This document shows, one piece after another, positions 10,857-21,225 of a stretch of DNA of 28,257 bases. The notes beneath the pieces were generated by a model. It was not told the origin of the DNA, did no database searches, and saw nothing but the letters and a program-made list of their open reading frames with translations. Each line of letters begins with the position of its first letter. The stretch's first letter is position 1. Source of the stretch: Oopsacas minuta (Eukaryota > Animalia > Porifera); assembly GCA_024704765.1 (NCBI GenBank), contig JAKMXF010000310.1, positions 1,177,246-1,205,502 on the forward strand, given 5' to 3'. A program made the translations under genes and the position numbers.

Positions 10857-11066
10857 AAAATATTCAGTACAATGTTGCATTATATATTTAGTTTTGATGA
10901 CAGATTTATCTTATATCCAGCTTTCCTTTAAAGTACTAAAATTAATAGCAAACAAATGAGCATGAAAGAGTAGAGAAACAAGCGTGTATAACCGAAATAT
11001 CAACAGTATGAGCATTCCTATGGCAATTGTAATGTATAAATCAATACAATTTGACGATAGTTAATA
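10857..11066 (+). repeat. Dispersed repeat, copy 2; holds the empty (pre-insertion) version of the hAT target site
   Basis: Reads GTATAAATCAATACAATTTGAC continuously, i.e. the reverse complement of both hAT flanks joined with a single ATTTATAC. Confidence 0.88.
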
Positions 11067-11210
11067 CAGTAATCTCCCGCTTAAGTACACAACTTGATCC
11101 GGAGTGGCGAGCGTGTACTTGTCTGGTAGGTGCGTACTTAGCAAAATTGCACAATTTTACGTCCTGTTTTACTTAACAATAGAAATAACAGAACATCAAG
11201 AAACAAATGT
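11067..11210 (+). mobile_element. pogo element 5' end (144 bp), separated from its body by an inversion
   Basis: TA + CAGTAATCTCCCGCTTAAGTACAC; 22/24 identical to the TIR at 11984 but in direct rather than inverted orientation. Confidence 0.85.
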
Positions 11211-11708
11211 ATGCAAACTGTTGTATCTCTTGAACCCGGTAAGACAATTAATTCAACCTGGTATACAGAGAGTTGTTTCCCTCTAGTCATAAAAAGCAAT
11301 AAATTTACAGCGTCCTGGCACAGGATTAAGGGAACTTTTTGCGCCACGATAATGCCAATTCTCATACATCAAAAATGACAAGACAATTCATTGGAGAATC
11401 AGGACTACATATTTTGCTACTCCCCTTATTCTCCAGATCTAGCACTCTGCGACTTCTGGCTCTTTCATAGAATAAAAAATACCTTAGAGGCAGAAATATT
11501 TCATCGAATTCTGATCTTGGGGGGGTCCCTCAAAGATGTGATCGGAGACATCAACGAAAATGAATTTGAAGAAGCTATTCAAGCTTGGTTTAAACGAATG
11601 AACAAGTGTATTCAAGCTAAATGATGCTATTTCGAACAATTATAGTAAAAATAAATACAGATTGATGCTTTTTGATTCTTAGGCAAAAAAGTTATTGAGT
11701 ACCCCTCG
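11211..11708 (+). mobile_element. mariner (DD34D-type) 3' half with right TIR
   Basis: TVVSLEPGKTINSTWYTESCFPLV..RPGTGLRG.FLRHDNANSHTS..SPYSPDLALCDFWLF..WFKRMNKCIQAK; terminus AGGCAAAAAAGTTATTGAGTACCCCTCG followed by TA (11709-11710). Confidence 0.92.
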
Positions 11709-11825
11709 TATTTTTACTAGCGTAAAGAATAATCAACTACAACGGATGGGAGGGCAGAACAAATTTCATTATCATCGTTTTCAACCTGCATGGAACGCAT
11801 ATTTGCAAATGGTTGATACTGAATA

Positions 11826-11862
11826 NNNNNNNNNNNNNNNNNNNNNNNNNNNNNNNNNNNNN
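11826..11862. other. Assembly gap (37 N)
   Basis: N run. Confidence 0.99.
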
Positions 11863-11983
11863 ATTCTACAAATTTGGGGATTTATTCACGATAATGTTAT
11901 CGAATAATGTCATAAAGTTATTATTGGTATGTTCTCGTATAAATATTCAAATATTCGCCATTTACCTACCATATGTAATTGTA

Positions 11984-13882
11984 CAGTAACCTCCCGCTTA
12001 AGTACGCATCCCGCATAAGTACGCAAAAATTTGTTAAAAATTCTGTGTTCAACTTTCTCAAGAATTTATTGAAAAACAAATAAAATGCCCATCAAAAACA
12101 AAATGTTCGCTTTGCTAAATTTACTCACTGTTTAAACATATCATGCATCGTCAGCTGACGCATGTTTTGTGCTCTTTTGCGTTTAGCTTCAGATGCCACT
12201 TGTCGCAGTTTACGCTGAAAATTTTCAAAGGTGTCTTTTAGCTCACCATAAGCATCTCCCGCTTGAGCTTGCACATCGGTGCACAACAACTGGTCCTCAA
12301 CTTCGAGTACTTTACGGTGAAGTTGTTCAAAGCCGTTGAATGTCACTTCATTCTCGATTGGTGCAGAAGCGTTGCTTTGGTCATCACTATCGTCGTCAGA
12401 GTCATCATTTTCTGTATGCATTGTAGCCAACACCTCATTAACATCGTCTAACATCGCCTGCGAATATTCTTCGTTGTTTTCGTCGTCGACATGCATGAAT
12501 TCATTGAGTTCATCTTCTTCAATCACAATATTTAAAGACCTGAATCTTAGCAGAACATCAGACACATCGCGTCGACATCCTCATCATAGCTACCTTGCAA
12601 TGATGTTAAAGAGCCTAACTCAGCCTTGATGAATGAGTTGATTATTGACGTGTCAGATACTAAATCCCATGCACGCTTAACATAAAAAGCGGCATCTAGC
12701 AGATGAGCAGGTTTACTATAAACAACACCAGCAGCTCCTCTAGGGAGCCTTTTCGCTTGCTCTTCTTTTCGGGCTTTCAAGTCCTCATCAAGATCGTAAA
12801 AATCAAGAACGTCCTGGAGATACAAATATTTATACCTCTTTTTCAGTGCTGCGATGATTCCCATATCACATGGTTGTTTCCAGCTCGTACAATTTGGAGG
12901 GAAGAATACTACTCTGACGTTATTCCGTTCAAAAGCTTGAAAATGGCCTGGAGCTTTGTCCATTAACAACAGAACCCGGCGTCCTGTTCTCTTTTTCACT
13001 TCAGGACCAAACACTTCATTAAACCACTTCCAACACGTATTAACGTCCATCCACGCTTTGCCCTGGCTAAAGTACTTTAACGGCCAGTCCCGATTCTTTA
13101 TACAGGCCGGAGATTTTGGTTTCCCGATCAATGTGCATGAAATTTTATGCGTTCCTGTGGCATTCGCACAAACAACCAGCGACAATCGTATTTAGCTTTC
13201 TTTTTCCTCGGTGCTGCTGACATCTTGAAACGGCATAAGCAGAGTATATCTGGGTAGCAGCCGAAAACATAATCCTGTTCATCCATGTTGTAAACACATT
13301 CTGGTTCATACTGCGCGATTATATCATACAAGCTGTTCAACGCAGCTAAAAGTTCCGGGTCCTGTTTGTCTACTTCTGCTCCTTTACCATGAAGTAGAAG
13401 TTTCTGAAGTCCTCAACGTTCTCTAAATCGGCTAAGCCACTGCCATGATGTTTTAAAATCATCCTTCCGAAATCGATAACTGTTCAGCGATTTGCTTTGC
13501 TTTTGCGATGGCCAGAGAGGGTGGAACAGGCAGGTTAGCACGGCGCATGCCATCAATCCAAAGGTATAACATGTCTTCCAGGTCCGAAAACCGACAAACA
13601 GAACCTCGAAACTTTTTGTTTTAGTCTGCTCGGACAACAAAGCAGAACGTTTTCGAATAACTTCTCTGTTCTTCCAAACCTTTCGGATAGCGCCTTTACT
13701 GACTTCGTACTCTCGTGCAAGACTTCGCTTACTTGGAGGAGTTGGCTCACTGAACTTGGCAATGACGTTCGATCTTTGTGATTCATTCAAACGCTTGCCT
13801 TTGCCTTTTCCTGACATTATGCAATCAGAAAAAAAAACTGTACTGTACAATAATGAACCTAAAAAATTTTCTATCGCTAGTG
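11984..13882 (-). mobile_element. pogo element body and 3' TIR
   Basis: TA + CAGTAACCTCCCGCTTAAGTACGC at 11984; transposase on the minus strand; no TIR at the right-hand end, where it abuts mariner sequence. Confidence 0.93.
12125..13817 (-). pseudogene. pogo/Tigger transposase pseudogene (CENP-B-type HTH + DDE_1, DD30D spacing, acidic C-terminal tail)
   Basis: ATG at 13817 (MSGKGKGKRL..SKRSLAREYEVSKGAIRKVWK); LEDMLYLWID, SWQWLSRFRER, VYNMDE, LVVCANATGTHK, KAWMD, LLLMDKAPGH, FFPPNCTSWKQPCDMGII (30 residues between the last two D). Several frameshifts and stops. Confidence 0.93.
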
Positions 13883-14661
13883 ACATGCTGTAATTGCTTA
13901 ACAAACAATACCTATTTTCAAGTGCTGAGTTCTGCGAACCTTTGTTGGGGAACCTTCTCCAATTTCACACCACTGACGGCTCTGCTGCTTTGTTTCTGGA
14001 TCATAGTGATAGATCCATGTTTCATCACCAGTTAATCTCTACTGTTGTCATTGTTGAATTTTGTAATCATTTCATGGCACCATTTCACTCGATTCTGCTT
14101 GTGCTTCTGCTCAGGATGAAGCTGATGTGGGATCCTGCGGGCGGCACAAAGTTTACGTCGCTGAAGGGATTGGTGTAAAACGGTGTGCACTGCTCCAGAT
14201 GAAATGCCAATTTCGTACTGAAACTTCTCATATGTAACATTTGTGTCTGCTATCACCATGTCCTCAATTGACTCAACTACACAGGGGGCCAGGGTGAGGT
14301 TGGTCTTCAAGATGAAAATTCCCATACTTAAATTCTCTGTACCATCTTTTCACTGTTTCCGCTGATACCTTGTTATTTGGAAAGGCTGTACAGAAATTTT
14401 CGTGACATTCTTTTATTGTTTTCAAAAGTTGGAACTGAAAAAGTACTATCGCACGAATATCACGCCTTGACAACTGTATTGAGGATTTGGTAACTAAAGA
14501 ATCCACGGATAATAAAACTAATGCTATCTGAAAAGTATACAAGATAAAGTTACAAGATTTTTAGCGAAGTATATTCATCCCATGTTTATTTGAAACAAGT
14601 AATGGTTACTTATATAAGAGCTCGCAACATAGTCAGGCTCAAAACTTATTGATTGCCCTCG
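13883..14661 (-). mobile_element. mariner 5' half with left TIR
   Basis: TA (14662-14663) + CGAGGGCAATCAATAAGTTTTGAGCCT, ~24/30 match to the TIR at 11708; translation QLSRRDIRAIV..VKRWYREFKYG..EDQPHPG..GISSGAVHTVLH..LCAARRIPHQL..TGDETWIYHYDPETKQQSRQW..PTKVRR..HV, ending at ~13883. Confidence 0.92.
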
Positions 14662-15121
14662 TATAAGAGATAACATAGTATTAACAATTATACATATAGT
14701 TTGTATTTAATGCTTTGATACAACTTGAATATATACTAATTTTGTTATCAATTACTTGAGATATCCATGATTTGTATTACTTGACATGGTCATCAACTGG
14801 GAGTATTATCAAGAATATTGTAATAAACAAAGTATTTATTGTTGATATTGAGTAGAGGATTGTTTAGACCATCATATATAGCTTTGCATTTACATGGATC
14901 AGTGTAAGTAGAACTGTCCGCTAAATAATATCAAGATTTTGACTAATAAAATTCCCAATAAATTCAATTAAATTACTTTATAACCAAATTGAACAGATAC
15001 GGAGTGCGTGATTTCCGGTACCGTTGCGTCACATCCGAAAAATCATAAGTTTTCTTCAATTTTGCTTGAAAGTGAACTTGGCTTTTATAGATTTACATGG
15101 GGTTTTGATGCAACTATATTA

Positions 15122-15633
15122 CTGGGTGACCAGATGGCCTTCTTTTTAGACTAACTGTCATCGTTTCATCTCGTCCTTTTGTCCTTATCCTTTTTTGTAC
15201 ATATTTTTCCGTTTTAAACATATAATATCATCCAAACCTAGATGTCTTAAATGAGTATTCCACTCTTTATTTGGTCAACATTTATTTTATATATCTACTA
15301 CTAACTAATATTAATATAGGAAATTTGGCCAAATTCTTAACCTTAATTTCCTTGTGGGATAATTCCCATGACATATATTCATGCAGGTTTTATTTAACAA
15401 TGTTAAGTCAAGCCTGCCATACATGATGCAACTTCGTTCATGCAACAAGGCAACATACACCGTGCATCAATGTTGATTAAATCAAATACATTTTCCTGCA
15501 ACTTAGTTGTAGGAAAATAGAACACGTTCCTTTTTCCATTAAACAGCTGCATTGTGTAAGTGTATGATGAGCTTTACACAAATGGTATTAATATAAAAAT
15601 GTCCTATTTGGCATGGAATATTTAGTCACCTTG
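15122..15633. mobile_element. Degenerate hAT/Tip100-like MITE (GGGTGACCAGAT-type ends)
   Basis: Left CTGGGTGACCAGAT; right end reverse-complements to CAAGGTGACTAAAT; GTCC motifs near both ends; the candidate TSD matches only 5/8. Confidence 0.4.
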
Positions 15634-16145
15634 CAAAATTTAATAATCTGGATAATTGAGTATATACGTTTATATTTCCGATTGTCAGTGCCCCAACTAT
15701 ACAATATTGTACAAACCCTATTCTATGGCTTTAGGAAAAAGTCCGGTTTCTCTCGAAGCAACTTTGTTAAATGTAGAAATCGACAATCGAAAAATTGTTC
15801 GATTGGATTGGATTGGCAACTCTGAAATATTGCCACATCTGGGAATTATGAAACTATATTTCAATATTTGCTACTATAAATCTTTTTAAGAAACCGTACA
15901 GGAAAACAATGATACAAGGAATGTGGATTGTCTAGCTAATGTGGTATCAGATTTCACCGTACTTACTGTTTTTTTAAGTTTCTAGCATGCCATTTGGTTC
16001 ATTATATGAAGTATCTAAGTCAATAAATAGTAGATTCTGAGGATTGTATAAGATAATTCATTCACACAGTTCGCTACATAATAGTACATGCGAATATTTT
16101 CAATGGCTCACTTCAACCCTATTATGATGTCTACAGGTCTATCTA

Positions 16146-17438
16146 CAGGGTGGCTTTTAAGTTCTGTCCCATGCAATAACTATTATTTATCAATATATAT
16201 GTATAGCCTGGTAATGATATTTATTCTTCTAATTTATGATTCAGAGACAAAACATATTTCGCGAAATTTATTCAATATAGCCCCCTCATTTTGTTTTTCA
16301 CGTGTAATTCTATCTGGCAAGGCCTCAATAGCAGCACGAAGGTTCTTTTGGGGAATTTTATTCCACTCTTGGCAAAGTTTCCTCTTCAGTGACTTTATAC
16401 TTGTGTGAGAGTTAACACAAGCTTTCGTCTCGAGAATTGACCGCAAAGAATAATCCATGGGATTCAGGTCAGGACTGTAAGGAGGCCATTCTTCCTTGGT
16501 TATAAAACCAGGAAAATTGTCATGTAAAGTAAACCATGACTGGGTAACATTAGAAGTGTGTGCTGGCACCCCGTCTTGCTGGAAACAAATGGAGTACCTC
16601 CAAACATGTCTCGGCCTATATTCTTCAATACTGGTTCCATAACCATTTCTCGACCCTTGCGGTACAAAAACCAATGGTGTCCGGCCCATTTTTGACACCC
16701 TTGCCCAATCCATCACCGACTTAGGGTTCTGTATTCGGCTAACATATCTGAACTTCTCGTCGACTTTGGAAGGAGATGATGCAAGTATGCTATCATTTTG
16801 TACGTTGGTTGCCTCCTGGATAGTGAATATTTTCTCATCTGAAAATAATATTTTTTCTAGATTTTCAACAGCATACCGGCCCAACGCACCTTTGTATCTT
16901 GCCACCCTTTTTTCCTTTACCAATTGAGAAAGGAAGTGTACCTTCTTACGCTTGAATGAACTCATCCCTAAATCCCTTTTCACAATTTTAGCCATTGCAC
17001 ATCTTGATACTTTCAGATCTAGAGCCATTTTCCTTATGGAACGTCTAGGATTTCGGCGAATTCGCTGGGCGATGACTTTCTCTAAGCTGTGGGTGGTTAC
17101 TGAGCACGGACGGCCTGATCTCGCTCTATCTTCAACTCTTCCAGTATCCTTGTATCGCCTAATAGTGCGGTACACAAATTCCTTTTGTTTAGATGGAGTT
17201 TCAGGATCTTCAAAATTTCCCTTGAAGGATGTCCTTTTGTAAATAATTTTACAATTGCCGACCTCTCACTTTCCATCACTGATAAAATTGAAATTTGTCT
17301 ACAATTGTACTCTGAAACTGTATATTTATGTTAAATACTGTAGAATAAGGTAAACTAATAAGATATATCTAATAGTAGAGACTCAGCATGGAAAAATGGT
17401 TCTTATAAATCATGGGACAGAACTTAAAAGCCACCCTG
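16146..17438 (-). mobile_element. maT-type (DD37D/Bmmar1-like) Tc1/mariner element, 1293 bp
   Basis: Perfect 28-bp TIR CAGGGTGGCTTTTAAGTTCTGTCCCATG; TA TSD at 16144-16145 and 17439-17440. Confidence 0.96.
16234..17279 (-). pseudogene. maT transposase pseudogene
   Basis: MESERSAIVKLF..(frameshift ~17180)..YRTIRRYKDTG..RSGRP..RSIRKMA..FSDEKIFT..QND..FQQDGVPAHT..WPPYSPDLNPMDYS. The last D-to-D spacing is 39 here and would be 37 without a 6-bp TTTACT insertion; compensating frameshifts at ~16580-16655. Confidence 0.92.
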
Positions 17439-18214
17439 TAGTATCGGTGTAATGCAACTAAAAGTATTTTATCAGTTATTTGTTGTTGTTGCTAACACTT
17501 GTATTACTTGGCTTCAAGATAACGGCTTGTTGGCAAGAGGAATGTTCTGCAAGTGTGGCTTAGTTATGGTGGCAGGTAAATTTTCAGGTGTGGCAGAAGA
17601 CCGAATTTGGAGGTGACCTTAGAGAAACTGCCGAAAGGTTGCATCTCTTAGAATAGGTTCCTTCTTCGAAGCCTCTAATTTGCCATTAATTGATCAGTTA
17701 GAATTTATATATCTTTGAGCAAAGGAATAATACAGACGCATTGGTAGAGAATCTGGGATTGTCAACAGCAACATTCACTAATTTGTAGAACTTTCCGAGA
17801 GATCTGTGTGTGGAGAAGTTTTTAGCGAATCCTCAGCCAATGGGTGGGCCTGAAGAAATTGTCGAGATAGACGAGAGTATGTTTGGTAGAAGGAAGTATC
17901 ACCGAGGAATACAACTTTCTGATCAGGGGAATTTTGGGGGTGGCTTGAGGAACCAAAGACATTTTCGTGGTTTCAGTTGGAGATTGTTCAGCTACAACTC
18001 TGATTCCAATAAAAACACCTATATTCTACCTGGGACTACTATAATATCTAATCAATGGGCATCTTATAACCTAATTCGTGGAACTCTCCCTTACTTGACT
18101 GTAAATCATAGTGAAAACTTGTTGACTCGACTACAGGTGTACATACACAGACAATTAAAGGTGCATGGGGACATATTTAAAGGCGAACAAGAAATCACAC
18201 CATTACTAATCCAG

Positions 18215-19979
18215 GGTAAACGGACAATTCGTCGCTTTTTATGACTTCGCTATTTAGTCTTTGTTTCATAAGAAGTATTGATTGAAGTTATGAAAAGTAA
18301 CTTGTTTATATCCCACTCTTGAAGTTTGGCATTGTCAGCTGATTGATATGTTGTCAATTGTAACATGATCAAAATAGTATCAAAATCAGTCAAAATGGGG
18401 ATTTAAAATGTCTTACTAGTACCAAGAAACTATGGCTACTTCCTTAACTTCTTCGTTTTCGATTGAAAGGATTCCGAGTGAAAGAAATAAAGATAAAGCA
18501 AGCATTCAAGGTTTTATTTATACTTTGAATAGAAAATCTCACGATATCGGATACTGGGTGTGTGAATAGCGCGGAATCTACAAAGCGAGGCTATACACAA
18601 GTAATAATCAAGTAGTCAAACCTACAGATCCTTCAATAATACCAAGTGAGCATTCGCATAGTTCTGATATAACTGGTGTTGAGATGCTAAGAGGGTATAC
18701 GAACCTCAAAAGAATCGCTCGAAATTCTGAATGAGGTACCCGAAATCTCCTTGCAACTTCAGTAGAAGGAATGACAGCAGAATTCATTAACAAATTACCA
18801 ACGCTTGACTCTGTTAAGAGAACTATTAGGAGGTGTAAGGGAAGAGAAGAAGAATTATGGAAACCCAAGTTCTTGCGCTGAAATAATAATTCCAGATATG
18901 TTTAAATTTACACTCAATGGTGAAAGCTTCCTATTATTTGATTCAGGAGAAGGCGATGATCACAGAATGATTCTCTTTGGAACTTCAAAGTTTGTATCTA
19001 TACTTAAAGAAAGTACCAACTGGTACTGTGATGGCACATTTAAAGTTGTCCAGAACATTTCTTCCAACTTTACACTATCCATGCACAAAGAGATGGATAT
19101 TTATTCCCTTGTGTTTATGCTTTATTTCAGGCTAAGACTGAAGAGACCTATGAAAGAATGCTCTTCAAACTGCTCCAACTATAGTCCGAATTAAATCCTA
19201 CATCCATAATGGTGGATTTCGAAAAGGTCGCGATAAATGCATTGGAAAATACTTTCCTTGTATGTGTCTATGGATGTTTCTTCCACTTACAACAGAGCAT
19301 TTATCGGAGAATTCAAGCTAATGGATTAGCTGCGGCGTATCAACAAGATAGGGATTTAGCTTTGAAGCTGAAGATGTTACCCTGCTGGCTTTCGTGCCTG
19401 AGATCGATGTTATTGATTGTTTTAACATCTTGATGCATGAATATCCTCAATCTGGGAAGACAGTTGCAAAATATTTTGAAGACAACTCTATTGGAAAACA
19501 GCTACCAAAAGGTTCTCGCAGGACGCCACCTTTTCCTATCAGAGTGTGGAACATGCATCAAAGAGTGATGGATCGAATCCCTCGAACAAATAATAGTGTT
19601 GAAGGTTGGCATAATGCTTTTAGTCATGGCATTGGTCATCCACACCCAGATTTCATAAAACTCTAAAGATTTTTGCAAAAAGAGCAATCACTTCAAGAGG
19701 CAATTTATGCAAAGTGGGAAGAAGAAATCTGAAGCAGCGGTCAAAATCAAGTGTAGAACGTGAAGAAAGGCTATATAGCATAGTTATTAAATATGATAAT
19801 CGCGAAACCATCGAATATCTTCGAGGGATAGCATATAATTTGAATTTTAATATTTACATCATATACTAGGTATCATAAGTATCATTTCCATCTACTGCTT
19901 ACCATCTTAATTTTATTCCTTTTTCCACGCGACGAATTGTCCACGAGACGAGTTGTCCGCGACGAATTGTCCGCAATTC
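18215..19979 (+). mobile_element. Mutator/MULE element 1 (FLYWCH + MULE transposase), 1765 bp
   Basis: Perfect 9-bp TSD CTAATCCAG (18206-18214, 19980-19988); TIR GGTAAACGGACAATTCGTCGC / GAATTGCGGACAATTCGTCGC; three GACGAATTGTCC-like repeats at the right end. Confidence 0.95.
18432..19850 (+). pseudogene. FLYWCH-MULE transposase pseudogene
   Basis: GFIYTLNRK..YWVCE*RG..KARL..EHSH; WYCDGTFKV; VDFEKVAINA; GCFFHLQQSIYRRIQ; YFEDN; PRTNNSVEGWHNAF; YLRGIAYN. Multiple stops and frameshifts. Confidence 0.93.
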
Positions 19980-20253
19980 CTAATCCAGACCTATTGGATA
20001 CCTACCTAGTCGAACATTGTGGCTTAAGAAGTTTGGACACAATTCATTCGGGAATATAATAATGGAAATTAGAGACAAATACCCTGTAGTTTAGTTGATT
20101 CTTAGTATTTTCATCTATACCTGTACGTAATTGTAGTATATTAGTGTTCTAATTAGTAATAATTATATTTCAAAGCTTTTAAAAATTATTGACAAATGAT
20201 TCGGGAGGTTAAAATAATTGATAATCCGACATACAAAGCCTACTTTACAAGAG

Positions 20254-20798
20254 CAGGCCCATCCGCAAACCCCTCCATAATTTCCAGGAAATAAAACTTT
20301 TGACAGAAGTTGCTTCCTCTTTGTTTTGTTTGTTTTAAAAGTAGATGGTTTTTGTTGAAGTTTGTTTTCTAGATGCCTAGTTTAGCTAATATTCCGCCTT
20401 ACTTCTTCTAGACTCTTGTCTCTCACTCAGTTTATTAGTCGTGTTATATATTTTAATAATTGTTTTAGTTTACTATCAAGATTCATTTTATTACACTCAA
20501 TTATGTCTTTGGGTGTCTGCTTCATTTTTCTCCTTTTGATAGACAGATTAGGTGCACAGCCCATTTTCTCTACAATTTTTTGTGTTTGATTGTTATTACC
20601 TTATTTTTAACCTTAATAATCTGTCTTCATTTCTGATTACCTATATTTTTCATCTAAAGCGCCAAGTCATAGAATTTTCTGGCAATTCAAGGCGAATGTG
20701 TTGATTAATTTAATTGATATTCCGAGCGAGGTGGTCTCCACGAGAAACGTGTTGCCAGGCCCAGGCCCTCCGTTCGCCAAATCATGACACCGCCTCTG
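20254..20798. mobile_element. hAT-like non-autonomous element, 545 bp, with dissimilar ends
   Basis: Perfect 8-bp direct repeat TACAAGAG (20246-20253, 20799-20806) immediately outside CAG...CTG termini; the right end reverse-complements to CAGAGGCGGTGTC and the left end is CAGGCCCATCC. Confidence 0.7.
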
Positions 20799-21202
20799 TA
20801 CAAGAGGGAATTCTAATTAGGCAAAATTTCTCAATCACGGAATCCCAAATCCCGAGATTGTAAGCCCTACTGATGGCTGACCAGTTGAGGCTCATGCAGT
20901 CTTTTGCAATTAACATTCAACAAGAATATTATGACTATCCTAAATTGTGGTAACCTCACGAATCCGTTATCATTTATACAAATAACGTCTCAAAATTATG
21001 ATGGAACTTGACTGAGTTAGTACATGAAAACGTCTACTAAAAGTCTTGGATATAATGCCCGCGAATATGTATACTGAAATTACCCATTCCGTAGAAAAAA
21101 TGTTAGTTCTATGGGCCACGAGTCAGCATATCTGCCCTACTTTATATTACTATACTAACATGGGCCGTCCCACTCTCCATGGGCTTCCTACTACTCTGAA
21201 TA

Positions 21203-21225
21203 CAGTAGAACCTCTATAGGTTGGG
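21203..21225 (+). mobile_element. Orphan pogo/Tigger-type terminus
   Basis: TA + CAGTAGAACCTCTATAG; no partner end found. Confidence 0.35.

Larger units (their letters stand above)
16103..20094 (+). pseudogene. Second Merlin/ISXO2 transposase relic, interrupted by maT (16146-17438) and MULE (18215-19979)
   Basis: CITWLQDNGLLARGMFCKCG..RIGSFFE..RDLCVEKFLANPQPMGGP..VEIDESMFGRRKYHRG..ILPGTTIISNQW..TVNHS..HTQTI..TNP resumes after the MULE as DLLDTYL..EIRDKYPVV* (20092-20094), matching the C-terminus of the first Merlin. Excising maT plus one TA joins an upstream ATG (16103, MAHFNPIMM) in frame; that start is less certain. Confidence 0.85.

Noticed and set aside
16130-16150. TCTACAGG duplicated just before the maT TIR, resembling an excision footprint
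   Set aside because: The 12 extra bases read in frame as ordinary Merlin codons (S-T-G-L-S), so coincidence is sufficient.
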